A stretch of DNA of 64,000 bases from a virus. A model generated the notes under the pieces. The model was given only the letters and a program-made list of their open reading frames with translations. It made no database searches and was not told the DNA's origin. A program made the translations under genes and the position numbers. This document shows, one piece after another, positions 1 to 8,971 of the stretch; within the stretch, counting starts at the first letter, position 1; the number at the start of each line of letters is the position of its first letter. Location: positions 25,783-89,782 of IMG/VR virus record IMGVR_UViG_3300036402_000045. One strand, 5' to 3'.

Positions 1-283
1 CGACAACAAGCCATTGCCCAGTGTTCGGAAAATCCTGCCAATGCCCCCATGTCGGAAGATCCTCTTCTGGATTGCGATAGGTCGCTACAGCAACCACCCG
101 CACCGACTCAGGCTTGACCCAGATCTCTTCCGTGGAGAAGTCAGCATGAGGAACACTGACAAGCCGACACTGTTCCGAATCGTTGGAGCAGACAAGATAC
201 CGAGCACCGGATTCACGACGCTGTGCCCAGACGCCCGTGCCGTTGCCGACATAGACCACGATGTCACCGAGCTTCGGATTCAT
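1..283 (-). CDS. hypothetical protein (partial, runs off the window edge)
   Basis: ATG at 283 overlaps the stop of the upstream gene (TGATG); frame MNPKLGDIVVYVGNG... stays open to position 1. Confidence 0.6.
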   Translation of the reverse strand, partial: MNPKLGDIVVYVGNGTGVWAQRRESGARYLVCSNDSEQCRLVSVPHADFSTEEIWVKPESVRVVAVATYRNPEEDLPTWGHWQDFPNTGQWLVV

Positions 284-786
284 CAGTCTCCCGTCCCGTG
301 AGAAGGACGGATATACGGAGCGTTCATGGTGATCGTCGTGTGCTTCGCCACGATCTCAGCATCGATCTTGCCCTCCTGCACCGCCGCAGCAAGACCCGAT
401 GTATCGAGCGCCACGTTCACAGCGCTGGCGACACCGTTCGTCTTCAGAACGTCCATGAGCGCCCGCTGAACCTCCGCAGGAAGCTCGCTCAGGACGAGAG
501 AGCGCCGGTATGCCAAACGCCGCTGCGCGGGCTTGAGATCGCCGTAGAGAGCATCTCCGTCGATGTTGATGTTCTCGGTCTGGACCCGCGTGACCTTCGT
601 GCCGTCGTCAGCGGTCAGGCTCGTCGTTCCCCGAATCTGAAGCTCTTCGCAGATCGAATCCTGAATGCCCTTCTTCGTCTTCTTGGCACGACCCTCGATC
701 TCGGCTTGACGCTCGTACTCCGCGACGAGCACGAAGATCTCGGAGTCCTTGAGCCGCTTCTTAGCCTTCGTCGGCTTGTCAGGCAT
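283..786 (-). CDS. hypothetical phage protein
   Basis: Start MPDKPTKAKK at 786 after RBS AAGGAG; coupled to both neighbours. Confidence 0.75.
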   Translation of the reverse strand: MPDKPTKAKKRLKDSEIFVLVAEYERQAEIEGRAKKTKKGIQDSICEELQIRGTTSLTADDGTKVTRVQTENINIDGDALYGDLKPAQRRLAYRRSLVLSELPAEVQRALMDVLKTNGVASAVNVALDTSGLAAAVQEGKIDAEIVAKHTTITMNAPYIRPSHGTGD

Positions 787-1036
787 CGGCGTTCTCCTTT
801 CGGATTTCGGCCAGAGCAAGCTGCGCCACCAGTGACGACGCCTTGGCCTTCGAGAAGCCCGTGATCCCGTGAGCCTTGGCAAGCTCCCGGAGATCCTTGA
901 CCTTCATCGCTTCGAGATCCGCCACGCCGAGACGCTTGGACCGAGCGATGCACTCGTTCGGAACCGAAGTGCGGTTGGTCGTGTTGTGATGGGCGCGGCG
1001 ATCGTGCTTGGCCGAACGCTGGTTCTTGGTCGCCAT
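779..1036 (-). CDS. small protein with Rho-N/HeH-like domain
   Basis: DLEAMKVKDLRELAKAHGITGFSKAKASSLVAQL fits the Rho N-terminal helix-extension-helix pattern. Confidence 0.7.
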   Translation of the reverse strand: MATKNQRSAKHDRRAHHNTTNRTSVPNECIARSKRLGVADLEAMKVKDLRELAKAHGITGFSKAKASSLVAQLALAEIRKENADA

Positions 1037-1230
1037 CAGACCGCCGCCGTCTTCCGAACCGGACGGCGAAGAGCCGTGGCGATGCGGTCACACCGCGCCA
1101 GAAGAGCGGGCTTGTCAGCCTGAGCGATGAAGCGGTCCGAGCGAACAGCGAGCACCTTGTCAGCCACGACATTCCGGAGGTACTCAAGATCACTCCGCTC
1201 GATCTCGATTGTCACCTTGTTCTTGTCCAT
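1036..1230 (-). CDS. hypothetical protein (likely leaderless)
   Basis: ATG at 1230 lies 7 nt downstream of a -10 box; stop overlaps the next ATG. Confidence 0.7.
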   Translation of the reverse strand: MDKNKVTIEIERSDLEYLRNVVADKVLAVRSDRFIAQADKPALLARCDRIATALRRPVRKTAAV

Positions 1231-1237
1231 GCCCCTC

Positions 1238-1266
1238 ACCTTAGTAGAATGTTTCCGAAGTTGCAA
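1238..1266 (-). promoter_or_regulatory. sigma70-type promoter with operator-like spacer
   Basis: TTGCAA-N17(cttcggaaacattctac)-TAAGGT, then 7 nt, then ATG. Confidence 0.7.
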
Positions 1267-1279
1267 GTCGAAATTTCAG

Positions 1280-1750
1280 TCAGCGCAGATTTTGGAGAAT
1301 CGCTCTGCGCTCCATGAGCAGGATGCCCAAGAGGTTCGAGCCTGCCCAGTGTCCGGAAGGCGTGCGCGTCATGCCCCAGATCCGATCGCCCCAAGTGTTG
1401 CCTTCGACCAAGATGGCGTTGCCCGTGGCAAGCAGATCGTTAGCGAGCGTTTGGGTTTCCGAAAACTTGCATGACAGAGCGAAGCGCATGACTTCGATCT
1501 TCCGTTGCTCCCAGTCATCAGCGAGCGGAGCCTTGCGACCGAGCTTCTTGGCATTGCCCGCGTTGCTTGCCGTGAGAATGCGCTGTTGCCATTCAGGATC
1601 GTCTGTCTTCGCTGCCTGATAGTGATGTTCCACCGTGGCGTAAGGAACGCCCCTGAGACGATAAGGAGAGGCATAGAAGTTCGACAGGAACCCGTGCGGT
1701 CCGTCCAGCCGAAAGTCATCGATGATCGTGTAGCCCAACGCCTTCTTCAC
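1280..1750 (-). CDS. NADAR (YbiA-like) family protein
   Basis: FLSNFY, YATVEHHYQAAK, AKKLGR, LVEGNTWGDRIWG and GSNLLGILLM motifs. Confidence 0.92.
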   Translation of the reverse strand: MKKALGYTIIDDFRLDGPHGFLSNFYASPYRLRGVPYATVEHHYQAAKTDDPEWQQRILTASNAGNAKKLGRKAPLADDWEQRKIEVMRFALSCKFSETQTLANDLLATGNAILVEGNTWGDRIWGMTRTPSGHWAGSNLLGILLMERRAILQNLR

Positions 1751-2016
1751 TTCTCAAGCCCCTTCAGAAACTCAGTGACAAAAGCGAAACACTCGTCGTC
1801 CGTTGCGTCGTCAAACGCAACCGGCTCTGCTCCGTCTCCATACATGCGCCACCCAACAGCATCGGTGCCGTCGTCATTGGGAACCAATGCAAGAGCAAAG
1901 CCGCGAGGATGAAACACAACCCGGTTGATGAGCCAAAGCATTCCAAGGCTCCGAAGTTCCTCGAAGGAATGCACCGTCTCTTCGGGAACCGTGTCGAATA
2001 CGGACTTGCGCGTCAT
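1747..2016 (-). CDS. hypothetical phage protein
   Basis: MTRKSVFD...GMLWLINRVVFHPRGFALAL; 4-nt overlaps with neighbours. Confidence 0.7.
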   Translation of the reverse strand: MTRKSVFDTVPEETVHSFEELRSLGMLWLINRVVFHPRGFALALVPNDDGTDAVGWRMYGDGAEPVAFDDATDDECFAFVTEFLKGLEK

Positions 2017-2273
2017 TTCAGAATCTCGATCTCGTTGTCGTAGAAGTAGTAGATGTCGTGGAACCCGTTGATGCGGTCCATCAACCAATCGTGAACGGGA
2101 ATCCGAATCTCCGGACCCTGCCACGGACAAAGCAGAACCTTGTTCGGGTACTTGTCGGAGTCGTTCTCCAACAGAACGCCCTCAGACCCCTCGAAGAAGC
2201 GTCCAGAGGGATCGTTGTATGCAACCCGGACCCGAATGGCATCGGGGCTTGCAAGAGCCTCTTCGGGCGTCAC
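2013..2273 (-). CDS. hypothetical protein
   Basis: 86-aa ORF with translational coupling on both sides. Confidence 0.65.
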   Translation of the reverse strand: MTPEEALASPDAIRVRVAYNDPSGRFFEGSEGVLLENDSDKYPNKVLLCPWQGPEIRIPVHDWLMDRINGFHDIYYFYDNEIEILK

Positions 2274-4027
2274 AGGAGATCCCGAATGTTCTGGAGCGTG
2301 ATGCGCTCGATCTGTCGGCCACCGTCTCGCTCGATGGTCCGGTTGGCAAGCGCCCGCTTGTAGTTCAGGAGCGCTTCGATCCTCTGCTCGATCGTGTCTT
2401 CGGCCTGAAGCTCGATGACGTTGACCGTCGTGGCAAGAGCCTCCAGGCCACGCAGACCGCCCGCTGCGGAACGCCCGATGGCCTGATCGTTACCTGCCGG
2501 TGTCCAACCCTTGTCGGTGAAGACGACGTAGGTGGCAACGCCAAGGTTGATGGCCTCGCGGTTCGCATCGATGGTTCCGATGTAGAGCTTGCAATCCTCG
2601 TCGTTGTTGAACCTTCGGATTTCCTCCTGCCGACGACGCAGGTTGATCTCACCGGTGACATACGCCGGGGAATAAGCCTCAAGCTCCCGCTGGATGATGC
2701 GGGTTGCCTTGCTCCACTGGGAGAAGATGATCGCCTTCTCACCGTTGGCGACAAGCTCCCGAACGATGTCCTTCAGTTCGACGATCTTGGCCGAATCCTT
2801 CGACCCGCCGTAAAGCTCCGGAGAGAAGCAAGCCTGCTTCAGCCGGATGATCTGCGGAAGAGCACCGTTGATGTTTCGGATTTCGCCGTTGTCCATGCGA
2901 AGGATGAACTCGTCACGGATCTCGTTGTAGAGCGCCCGAGCTTCACGGGTCAGTTCGATCACGCGGGGAGCGATGATGACCTTCGGAAGATCCTTGAGCA
3001 CCTGATCCTTGCGACGACGCAGGGAGATGTTCTGAATGAAGTCCCGAAGCTCGCCCATCGGCTCCGGGCGGTAGCCAACCGTGGCACCGCCGTTCTTGAT
3101 GGAGATCGCGTCCACGAACCGGTCGTAGATCGGAAAGTCTTCCGGGTAGAGCTTGTGCAGAACGCTCCAGATCTCTTCCGGACGATTCAGGATCGGCGTG
3201 CCCGACATCATCAGCCAACGCTTGCCCTCAAGCTGGAAGAAGCCACGCGTGACCTGAGCATCCGGAGTCTTCACCCGATGGTGCTCATCAACCACGATGA
3301 AGTCGTACTCGAATCCGAAAAGCTCTTCGTTGGCGAACTCGTATCCGATGATCTTCTTGTGAACGTTGCCGTCCTCGTAGATCGGCTTGGCCCGGATCGC
3401 CTCAAAGTTGACGACGGTGATCTCGGCCCGCTTCTCGATCTGTGCAGAGCGCTCTGCGCGTGTTCCGTTGACGACCTGAACCTCGAAGTCGAACTTGTCC
3501 GTGGCTTCAGATTCCCAGTTGAACTTCGCGCTGTTCGGGCAGACGACGAGCGTGCGGAACTGCTTGCCCTTCTTCTCGGCCTTCACCGCCATGATGCGGA
3601 TCGCAGCCAGAAGCATGATGGTCTTCCCTAGACCCATCTCGTCATTGAGAAGATCGATCTCTTCCTCCAGGATCTTCCCGACCGCAACCTTCTGGAAGTT
3701 GTAGAGCTTGCCTTCGAAGCCCGGAATCCGAAGCTTCGGAATCGGCATATCCGCAAGCCGCTTCTCTTCGGCTCGCGTTAGCCGTGCGTAGACGCCCTTC
3801 GAAAGCTCTGCCATCGGGAACGCCAACGACAGACGATCGAAGTACCGCATGTTGAACCGGAAGAGCCACTTGCTCAATTCCTGGTCGTACTCCGCAACGG
3901 GATCGGTGCCGAGAGGAAGGATCTCGCGCATGATGACGCTCTGCGCCTCGTACTTCTCGCTGGAGTCACACATCAAGACGATGTGCTTGCCCCTCGGATC
4001 GTTCTTCTTCGACAAGGTGATCTTCAC
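2270..4027 (-). CDS. SNF2-family (SF2) helicase/translocase
   Basis: DEMGLGKT (Walker A), VVDEHH, SGTPILN, IIFSQW, EAINL motifs; GTG at 4027 is 7 nt after a -10 box. Confidence 0.92.
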   Translation of the reverse strand: MKITLSKKNDPRGKHIVLMCDSSEKYEAQSVIMREILPLGTDPVAEYDQELSKWLFRFNMRYFDRLSLAFPMAELSKGVYARLTRAEEKRLADMPIPKLRIPGFEGKLYNFQKVAVGKILEEEIDLLNDEMGLGKTIMLLAAIRIMAVKAEKKGKQFRTLVVCPNSAKFNWESEATDKFDFEVQVVNGTRAERSAQIEKRAEITVVNFEAIRAKPIYEDGNVHKKIIGYEFANEELFGFEYDFIVVDEHHRVKTPDAQVTRGFFQLEGKRWLMMSGTPILNRPEEIWSVLHKLYPEDFPIYDRFVDAISIKNGGATVGYRPEPMGELRDFIQNISLRRRKDQVLKDLPKVIIAPRVIELTREARALYNEIRDEFILRMDNGEIRNINGALPQIIRLKQACFSPELYGGSKDSAKIVELKDIVRELVANGEKAIIFSQWSKATRIIQRELEAYSPAYVTGEINLRRRQEEIRRFNNDEDCKLYIGTIDANREAINLGVATYVVFTDKGWTPAGNDQAIGRSAAGGLRGLEALATTVNVIELQAEDTIEQRIEALLNYKRALANRTIERDGGRQIERITLQNIRDLL

Positions 4028-4034
4028 AAGCACC

Positions 4035-4064
4035 AATCTAACAGCTTCGGAATGTTTACGTCAA
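4035..4064 (-). promoter_or_regulatory. sigma70-type promoter with operator-like spacer
   Basis: TTGACG-N18(taaacattccgaagctgt)-TAGATT. Confidence 0.7.
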
Positions 4065-4081
4065 GCGAATATTCGGAAACC

Positions 4082-4204
4082 CAGAGAGGGTCCGGTCGCC
4101 TTTCCCCGTCCGATCCCCCGCCAAGGGAATCGTGGGTTAGTGAACGCTTGGGGAAAAGCGCAGGCGACCTTGATCTCCGAAAGGCTGGAGACTGACCCTC
4201 TCTG
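4082..4204 (-). ncRNA. candidate structured non-coding RNA (~122 nt)
   Basis: Perfect 11-bp terminal stem 4082-4092/4194-4204; nested stems 4094-4101/4162-4169 and 4101-4107/4150-4156; hairpins 4111-4132 and 4174-4191; CGTATCA just upstream on the minus strand. Confidence 0.65.
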
Positions 4205-4209
4205 AGACT

Positions 4210-4216
4210 TGATACG
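4210..4216 (-). promoter_or_regulatory. CGTATCA promoter-like element
   Basis: Same heptamer precedes several start codons by 6-7 nt; here it precedes the structured RNA. Confidence 0.6.
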
Positions 4217-4220
4217 CAGA

Positions 4221-5060
4221 TCAGCGAACCTCGGAAGGCGTGATCTCGCTGCGTAGAATCCTCGCTCTGGCCCTCTCGATGCGCTCTGCGGCTGCGCGAG
4301 CATCGGCCTCGGCCATCTGTCGGCGTTGGGCCTCCAGACGCTCACGGCGCTCTCTGGCGATGCGCTCTTCCTCTGCTCGAACAGCCACCACGTTGACATA
4401 CCGGACCGGTGCCTGAATTCGGTACCGCGGGTGCTCCACTTGGCAGAAGTCTGAAGGGCAAGCGCCCTCCGTGCTGCCTTCGGACTGGGCGTTGCAATGA
4501 AAGCAACGAGGCGTGAACTCGATCGTCACGGCCCGCTGCGGGAAGTGAAGTGAACGCTCCGAGAAGAGCCGATCGCGGCCGATGTCGTGAACGAGCATCA
4601 GAAGCTCTTCGGCCATCGTCACGTACGTCTCTTCCGCATCAGAAGCGAACCGCCGCCACAGCTTCATCTCACCGCGACGCGTGATGTAGGCAAACGCCTT
4701 GTAACGCCCATCGATGTAGCGCTTGAGCACACGCTGACCCGTGAGATCGCCCGACGTAACGAGATGCACGTTGTAGCGGTGAGTTTCGGAAATCCCCGTA
4801 ACCTCGTAGACGCCATTGGGAACGTTCCAGCCATCGAACTCTGTCGCCACGTCATCGATGGAACGACCGGCAAGCTGCGTTGCCAGAGCCTCGACCGCTG
4901 CCGTCTGCTCCACGGTAAGGGTCAAGCTCGATCCGAGAACGTCGGAGTACCGCTGCATGTCTGCATGAAAGCGAACAGCCGGATCACTCAGGATCGAGAC
5001 AACCTGCGGGAACGCAGAGAACCACGCGGGATCGAGGTTGGTGATGTTGTAGGTCGGCAT
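4221..5060 (-). CDS. hypothetical protein with CxxC pair and C-terminal coiled coil (leaderless)
   Basis: 279-aa ORF; CFHC...CPSDFC; ATG 6 nt after a -10 box. Confidence 0.75.
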   Translation of the reverse strand: MPTYNITNLDPAWFSAFPQVVSILSDPAVRFHADMQRYSDVLGSSLTLTVEQTAAVEALATQLAGRSIDDVATEFDGWNVPNGVYEVTGISETHRYNVHLVTSGDLTGQRVLKRYIDGRYKAFAYITRRGEMKLWRRFASDAEETYVTMAEELLMLVHDIGRDRLFSERSLHFPQRAVTIEFTPRCFHCNAQSEGSTEGACPSDFCQVEHPRYRIQAPVRYVNVVAVRAEEERIARERRERLEAQRRQMAEADARAAAERIERARARILRSEITPSEVR

Positions 5061-5066
5061 ACAGAG

Positions 5067-5095
5067 ATCCTAAGGGATAAACATTCCGAAGTCAA
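5067..5095 (-). promoter_or_regulatory. sigma70-type promoter, spacer motif in inverted orientation
   Basis: TTGACT-N17(tcggaatgtttatccct)-TAGGAT-N6-ATG. Confidence 0.75.
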
Positions 5096-5121
5096 GACGG
5101 AGATTGCTAAGCGGCAGATTT

Positions 5122-5520
5122 TCAGCGATCGGAATAGAGGCTGTTGTGAGCCTTCACCCAATCACCATCAGCGATGAGCTTGCCACGGGGCTTACCGAGG
5201 TAGTGCCACGCAGAGCACTTGATCTCGGTGCCTCTGATCGGGTCGTGAGCAACCACGTCCCAAAGGGCATAGCCCGCACCGCGCTCCATACGGTCGATGC
5301 TCTTCCACGACGGACTGTTGTGTCGGAACGTCAGGACATCGCCGGTGATGGTGCCCGACTGATCGAGCTTGGCGACTGGGTAGCTGCCGAACTCAGAGAC
5401 GAAGTAGATCTTCCCCTCGATGGTGCAGTTCGGAATGATGTCCTCGTAGCCACCACGGTCGTTCCACGCGTTCGGTCGGAGCGTTCCGTACACGAAGCAG
5501 GAGATGAGATGGTCGCTCAC
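5122..5520 (-). CDS. gamma-glutamylcyclotransferase (GGCT/AIG2-like)
   Basis: FVYGTLR signature, YP motif, IDRME. Confidence 0.85.
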   Translation of the reverse strand: MSDHLISCFVYGTLRPNAWNDRGGYEDIIPNCTIEGKIYFVSEFGSYPVAKLDQSGTITGDVLTFRHNSPSWKSIDRMERGAGYALWDVVAHDPIRGTEIKCSAWHYLGKPRGKLIADGDWVKAHNSLYSDR

Positions 5521-6032
5521 TTCTGAGCCGCCTTTTCGAACAGGTCGATGATGACCGCAACATCGAAGGTGACGGTGTTGCCTTCGTTGCCTTGGAAGAA
5601 GGTGTAGTTCTCGTCTTCGACCAGACGAGTACCCGTGAGCGTCAGAACTTTCCGCTCAAACTTGATCCGCTGACTCTCTGATTCGATCCGCTTCAGAAGG
5701 TACTCTCTTTCGGAATCAAGCTGTTCTTGAACCCGCTCACGGAACCGCTCCGTCATCGGTGACAACGACTGGGGATGAGCAAGAACAGGAACCCACGTCA
5801 TGTTGTGGACGTTGAACGCCGCAAGAGCGACCTTCGTGGCTTGGCGCTGGACGCCGTACTCATCGGTGTAGCGCCCCTTCTTGTCGGCCTTGACGTACTC
5901 CTTCGTCTTGGCGTCCCGATACCAACGCTCGATGTCAAGAACGAGCGACAGGAACGGACGAGAGGACGAGTACCGACCACCGGGTCGGGAGTAGATGACC
6001 TCCCGACCCTGCTCGATCTCCGAAAGCTTCAT
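5517..6032 (-). CDS. hypothetical protein
   Basis: 171-aa ORF coupled to both neighbours. Confidence 0.7.
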   Translation of the reverse strand: MKLSEIEQGREVIYSRPGGRYSSSRPFLSLVLDIERWYRDAKTKEYVKADKKGRYTDEYGVQRQATKVALAAFNVHNMTWVPVLAHPQSLSPMTERFRERVQEQLDSEREYLLKRIESESQRIKFERKVLTLTGTRLVEDENYTFFQGNEGNTVTFDVAVIIDLFEKAAQK

Positions 6033-6898
6033 GCCTGCACCCCAGCGGCACGCAGAGCGGCCTCAAGAGCGTCACGGGACATCGTTCCCCGACCGGCGAT
6101 GTTGTGCGTTGCGGCAAGCCGACGAAGGGCGTCACGGTTCAAACCGGAAAGCCCGTCGTCGTCGGAACCAACGATCGCCCGCATGATGCCTTGTGCCTCG
6201 GCAAGCTCGTCATCGGTGTATTCCCGCTCTTCGCCGTCCTCGTCGTCCTCGATCTCGCCTGAGAGCATGGCGTTGATCTCATCGATCCCCTGCGCGGCCT
6301 CGTCCTCGATCAGAGCATCGACGTAATCGGCAACCGCCGCCATCGTCGTGTCGGACGGAACCTCTTCGACCACCAGACGGCCCGAGATGTTGTCGGCGCG
6401 TCCTTCGGAAACCAGCGCGTCCCATGTCTCCTGCGTGTAGATGGCGCGGGCCACGACACCGGGGATGCGGCCCTCACGAACCCGAGCACGGAACATCGTC
6501 GGCTTGGCGGCGTAGAAGAGCGAGCACGCCCAAGCGAACGAGTCCAGGCGAGAACCCGTCGAAGCGTTGATGTGCTGGCGCAGGCCCGTGAACAGATCGA
6601 TCACGGTGAACCGCTTCAGCGTCAGCGTTCCCGGCGTGTTCGCAGCGGACAGGCTCATGCGCTGGCCCGGTCGATAGCTGTACCGCTGCCAGATGTGACC
6701 GGCGACGTGGATCGTCGGCACCGGCAGCGACCGGTACGACTCACAGATCGCCGTGACCATCGGCATGACGGCCTCGATCTTCTCGGCGTCCGTCTCCAGA
6801 CGCCACGGCTTCGCCTCGAAGAGAGCGACAGCGGCAGCAACCGCATCCTCTCGGATCTCTCGGTACTTCAGGTGTGGCCGCTGAACGGTCATCGGCAT
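6029..6898 (-). CDS. hypothetical protein with acidic linker and C-terminal Rho-N-like domain
   Basis: C-terminus LSGLNRDALRRLAATHNIAGRGTMSRDALEAAL; RBS AAGGGAG. Confidence 0.75.
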   Translation of the reverse strand: MPMTVQRPHLKYREIREDAVAAAVALFEAKPWRLETDAEKIEAVMPMVTAICESYRSLPVPTIHVAGHIWQRYSYRPGQRMSLSAANTPGTLTLKRFTVIDLFTGLRQHINASTGSRLDSFAWACSLFYAAKPTMFRARVREGRIPGVVARAIYTQETWDALVSEGRADNISGRLVVEEVPSDTTMAAVADYVDALIEDEAAQGIDEINAMLSGEIEDDEDGEEREYTDDELAEAQGIMRAIVGSDDDGLSGLNRDALRRLAATHNIAGRGTMSRDALEAALRAAGVQA

Positions 6899-6930
6899 TG
6901 CGCTCCCTTTCGGTTGTAGTCGTCGTGCTG

Positions 6931-6959
6931 AGTATGGATCGGAATGTTTCCGATGTCAA
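6931..6959 (-). promoter_or_regulatory. sigma70-type promoter with perfect palindromic operator
   Basis: TTGACA-N17-CATACT; ATCGGAA-TGT-TTCCGAT at 6938-6954. Confidence 0.8.
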
Positions 6960-6968
6960 GAAGGTTTC

Positions 6969-7460
6969 TCATGCATCCTCGGTTTCCTTGTCACCAACCA
7001 GAAATCTCGGACCATTGACAGAGACGATCGCCCAACGGAACCAAAGCACCGTCTCGCAATCCCATCCGTAGAGATCGTGAGGCTGTGAGTGGCGCGTACG
7101 CCACTGACCCTCTTCGGTCAGGTGCATACCGTCGTACTCCCGAGCCATCGCTTCGAAGTCAAGACCGGTGGTATACCGATCCCCCACGCCGAACCGCTTG
7201 TGCAGATCATTGAGATCCGCAACGGTGTCAACGACAGCGAGGTTCGGGTTGTCGATCGTCTCCAGATCCCAGAGCGTGAACGGCGGTCCACCGAATTTTT
7301 CGGAAACACACCAGTCAACCCAATGGCTCTCGTTGGTCGGATGAGGGGGAGAAGTCCACAACCCACCACTGAGCGGCTTCTTCCACGGATGCGTGCAATT
7401 CACGATCGGCTTGAACGACTGATAACGAGGCTTCTTCACGCCTTGGAAGATGACCTTCAC
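6969..7460 (-). CDS. hypothetical phage protein
   Basis: 163 aa; KPLSGGLWTS, LDFEAMAREYDGMHLT, LYGWDCET. Confidence 0.75.
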   Translation of the reverse strand: MKVIFQGVKKPRYQSFKPIVNCTHPWKKPLSGGLWTSPPHPTNESHWVDWCVSEKFGGPPFTLWDLETIDNPNLAVVDTVADLNDLHKRFGVGDRYTTGLDFEAMAREYDGMHLTEEGQWRTRHSQPHDLYGWDCETVLWFRWAIVSVNGPRFLVGDKETEDA

Positions 7461-8419
7461 TGATCCGCCTTGCGCTTCTGCGGCTGGCCGTCAGGGAAGA
7501 GACGCTTCTGCGCCCTCTCGTCCTGCCTGCGCTCCAGATAGGCACGGATGGCGGCGTCCCTGCCCATCCCGTATTCGAAGCCCGTAGAGACAGCCACAGG
7601 CCGTGTCGGTGACGTTGCAGAACCCGTTCCCCGGTAAGACGGATCGGTTCCGAACCTCACCGCGATCTCTGCGGCGGTCAACACCTTCGGACGAGGACGA
7701 GGCCGGAACGTCTTCCGCTCCACGATGTCACCGTACGAAACGGCAAGCACCCGATCTTCGGAAACCGTCGAGAACTTCGTGAAGACGATATCCGGCTCAA
7801 GCTGAAGCAGAGCTTCCTTGTCCGAGGCCCAGATCAGGTTCCCGCGGTCGGTCCACCCGAGCGTCAACTGACGGCCCGTGCTCCGAGCGATGTAGATCGT
7901 GTCGGGTTCCGTGATCCGGCTGTAGACCGCAACCATCGCGCCCTTGATCTTCCGAAGCCCCTTGATGTGGCCCCACTTGTTGACCGCAGCGAAGATGGCC
8001 TCGGAGTCAACCTCGGTCTTCGGATCTTCCCGACCCGTCACGTCCAGAATCTCTTCGAAGTTCGTGAGAACGCCGTTGTGAACGCCCACGATGTCACCGT
8101 GCGGGATCGGATGGTTGTTCCGCACGTCAGCGGGATCACCGTTGGTGGCCCAGCGCGTGTGGCCGATGACCCAGTAGGCGTCATCCGAGACGTTCTTCAG
8201 AATGTTCTCCAGAGCGCTGTTCGTGTCACAGCGACCGGGGAACTTGGCCCACGTCACGTCGGGCTTCGTCGGATCGGTGTCCTTGTTCGGAACCCACTGT
8301 GCCCACCCGTAAGCGTGCGGTCCCTGTCGGACCAGAGCAGGGAAGAGGATGGCGGCGATCTGCGCCGTGCTCAGATCCTCTTCGTTCTCGTTGTATGAGA
8401 TTCCCCAAATTCTGCACAT
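7457..8419 (-). CDS. class II (Ntn) glutamine amidotransferase
   Basis: N-terminal Cys (MCRIWG), IGHTRWATNG, NNHP, HNGVLTN, VDSE. Confidence 0.92.
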   Translation of the reverse strand: MCRIWGISYNENEEDLSTAQIAAILFPALVRQGPHAYGWAQWVPNKDTDPTKPDVTWAKFPGRCDTNSALENILKNVSDDAYWVIGHTRWATNGDPADVRNNHPIPHGDIVGVHNGVLTNFEEILDVTGREDPKTEVDSEAIFAAVNKWGHIKGLRKIKGAMVAVYSRITEPDTIYIARSTGRQLTLGWTDRGNLIWASDKEALLQLEPDIVFTKFSTVSEDRVLAVSYGDIVERKTFRPRPRPKVLTAAEIAVRFGTDPSYRGTGSATSPTRPVAVSTGFEYGMGRDAAIRAYLERRQDERAQKRLFPDGQPQKRKADQ

Positions 8420-8447
8420 CGGCTATCGCCTTCCTCTCTCGTAGTTG

Positions 8448-8476
8448 ATTGAATCATGCTTCGGAATGTTTGTCAA
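8448..8476 (-). promoter_or_regulatory. sigma70-type promoter with operator-like spacer
   Basis: TTGACA-N17(aacattccgaagcatga)-TTCAAT. Confidence 0.7.
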
Positions 8477-8477
8477 C

Positions 8478-8714
8478 TCAGTCATCGTCAAGCGCGTTTT
8501 CGCAAACCGCCTGAATCGTGATGATCGCCGTCCTGAGTCCGTCCACGTCATCAAGAGACGTAGCTGCCGCCATTCCGATTGCGTGGACGTATCGCTCCCA
8601 CTTATCGCTTGCGACCTTGGCGCACTCGACCGGGATATCCAGCTTCTCTCCCCGGCTTGCGCGGACCTGCACAGCAATGGCCGCTTCCTCTGCTTGCTCG
8701 CGAGCGCCCATCAC
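8478..8714 (-). CDS. hypothetical protein
   Basis: 78-aa ORF coupled to the upstream gene. Confidence 0.6.
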   Translation of the reverse strand: MMGAREQAEEAAIAVQVRASRGEKLDIPVECAKVASDKWERYVHAIGMAAATSLDDVDGLRTAIITIQAVCENALDDD

Positions 8715-8971
8715 ATGCCCCTTACTCGTTCTGCGTTGGCAACTGCGTGCGCCACGATGTCGGGCGCGGCTTGAGCCGAGATGACGTTGAGCAGATTGTC
8801 AACGACATCACACAACGAGAGGATCGTGGCCTTCTGATCCTCAACGATCGGCTCCCAAATATCACAAGCGTCCTTCGCTGCTTGTCTCCGAGCGCAGATG
8901 TGAAGTGGATGCCTGTCGTCGCACGCCGACGAACAAGCTCCCGCCATGACCGTCTCTCGGACGCTCATCAT
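8711..8971 (-). CDS. hypothetical protein
   Basis: MMSVRETVMAG...; ATG overlaps the amidoligase stop. Confidence 0.6.
   Translation of the reverse strand: MMSVRETVMAGACSSACDDRHPLHICARRQAAKDACDIWEPIVEDQKATILSLCDVVDNLLNVISAQAAPDIVAHAVANAERVRGM

Noticed and set aside
2219-3631. Long antisense ORFs (also 42744-44267, 44622-45842, 16811-17833, 56213-57454)
   Set aside because: These are shadows of high-GC coding strands opposite well-supported genes and contain no recognisable motifs.
4082-4204. tRNA or simple intrinsic terminator
   Set aside because: No cloverleaf with a T-loop consensus or CCA end, and no U-tract; the fold is nested and multi-stem.
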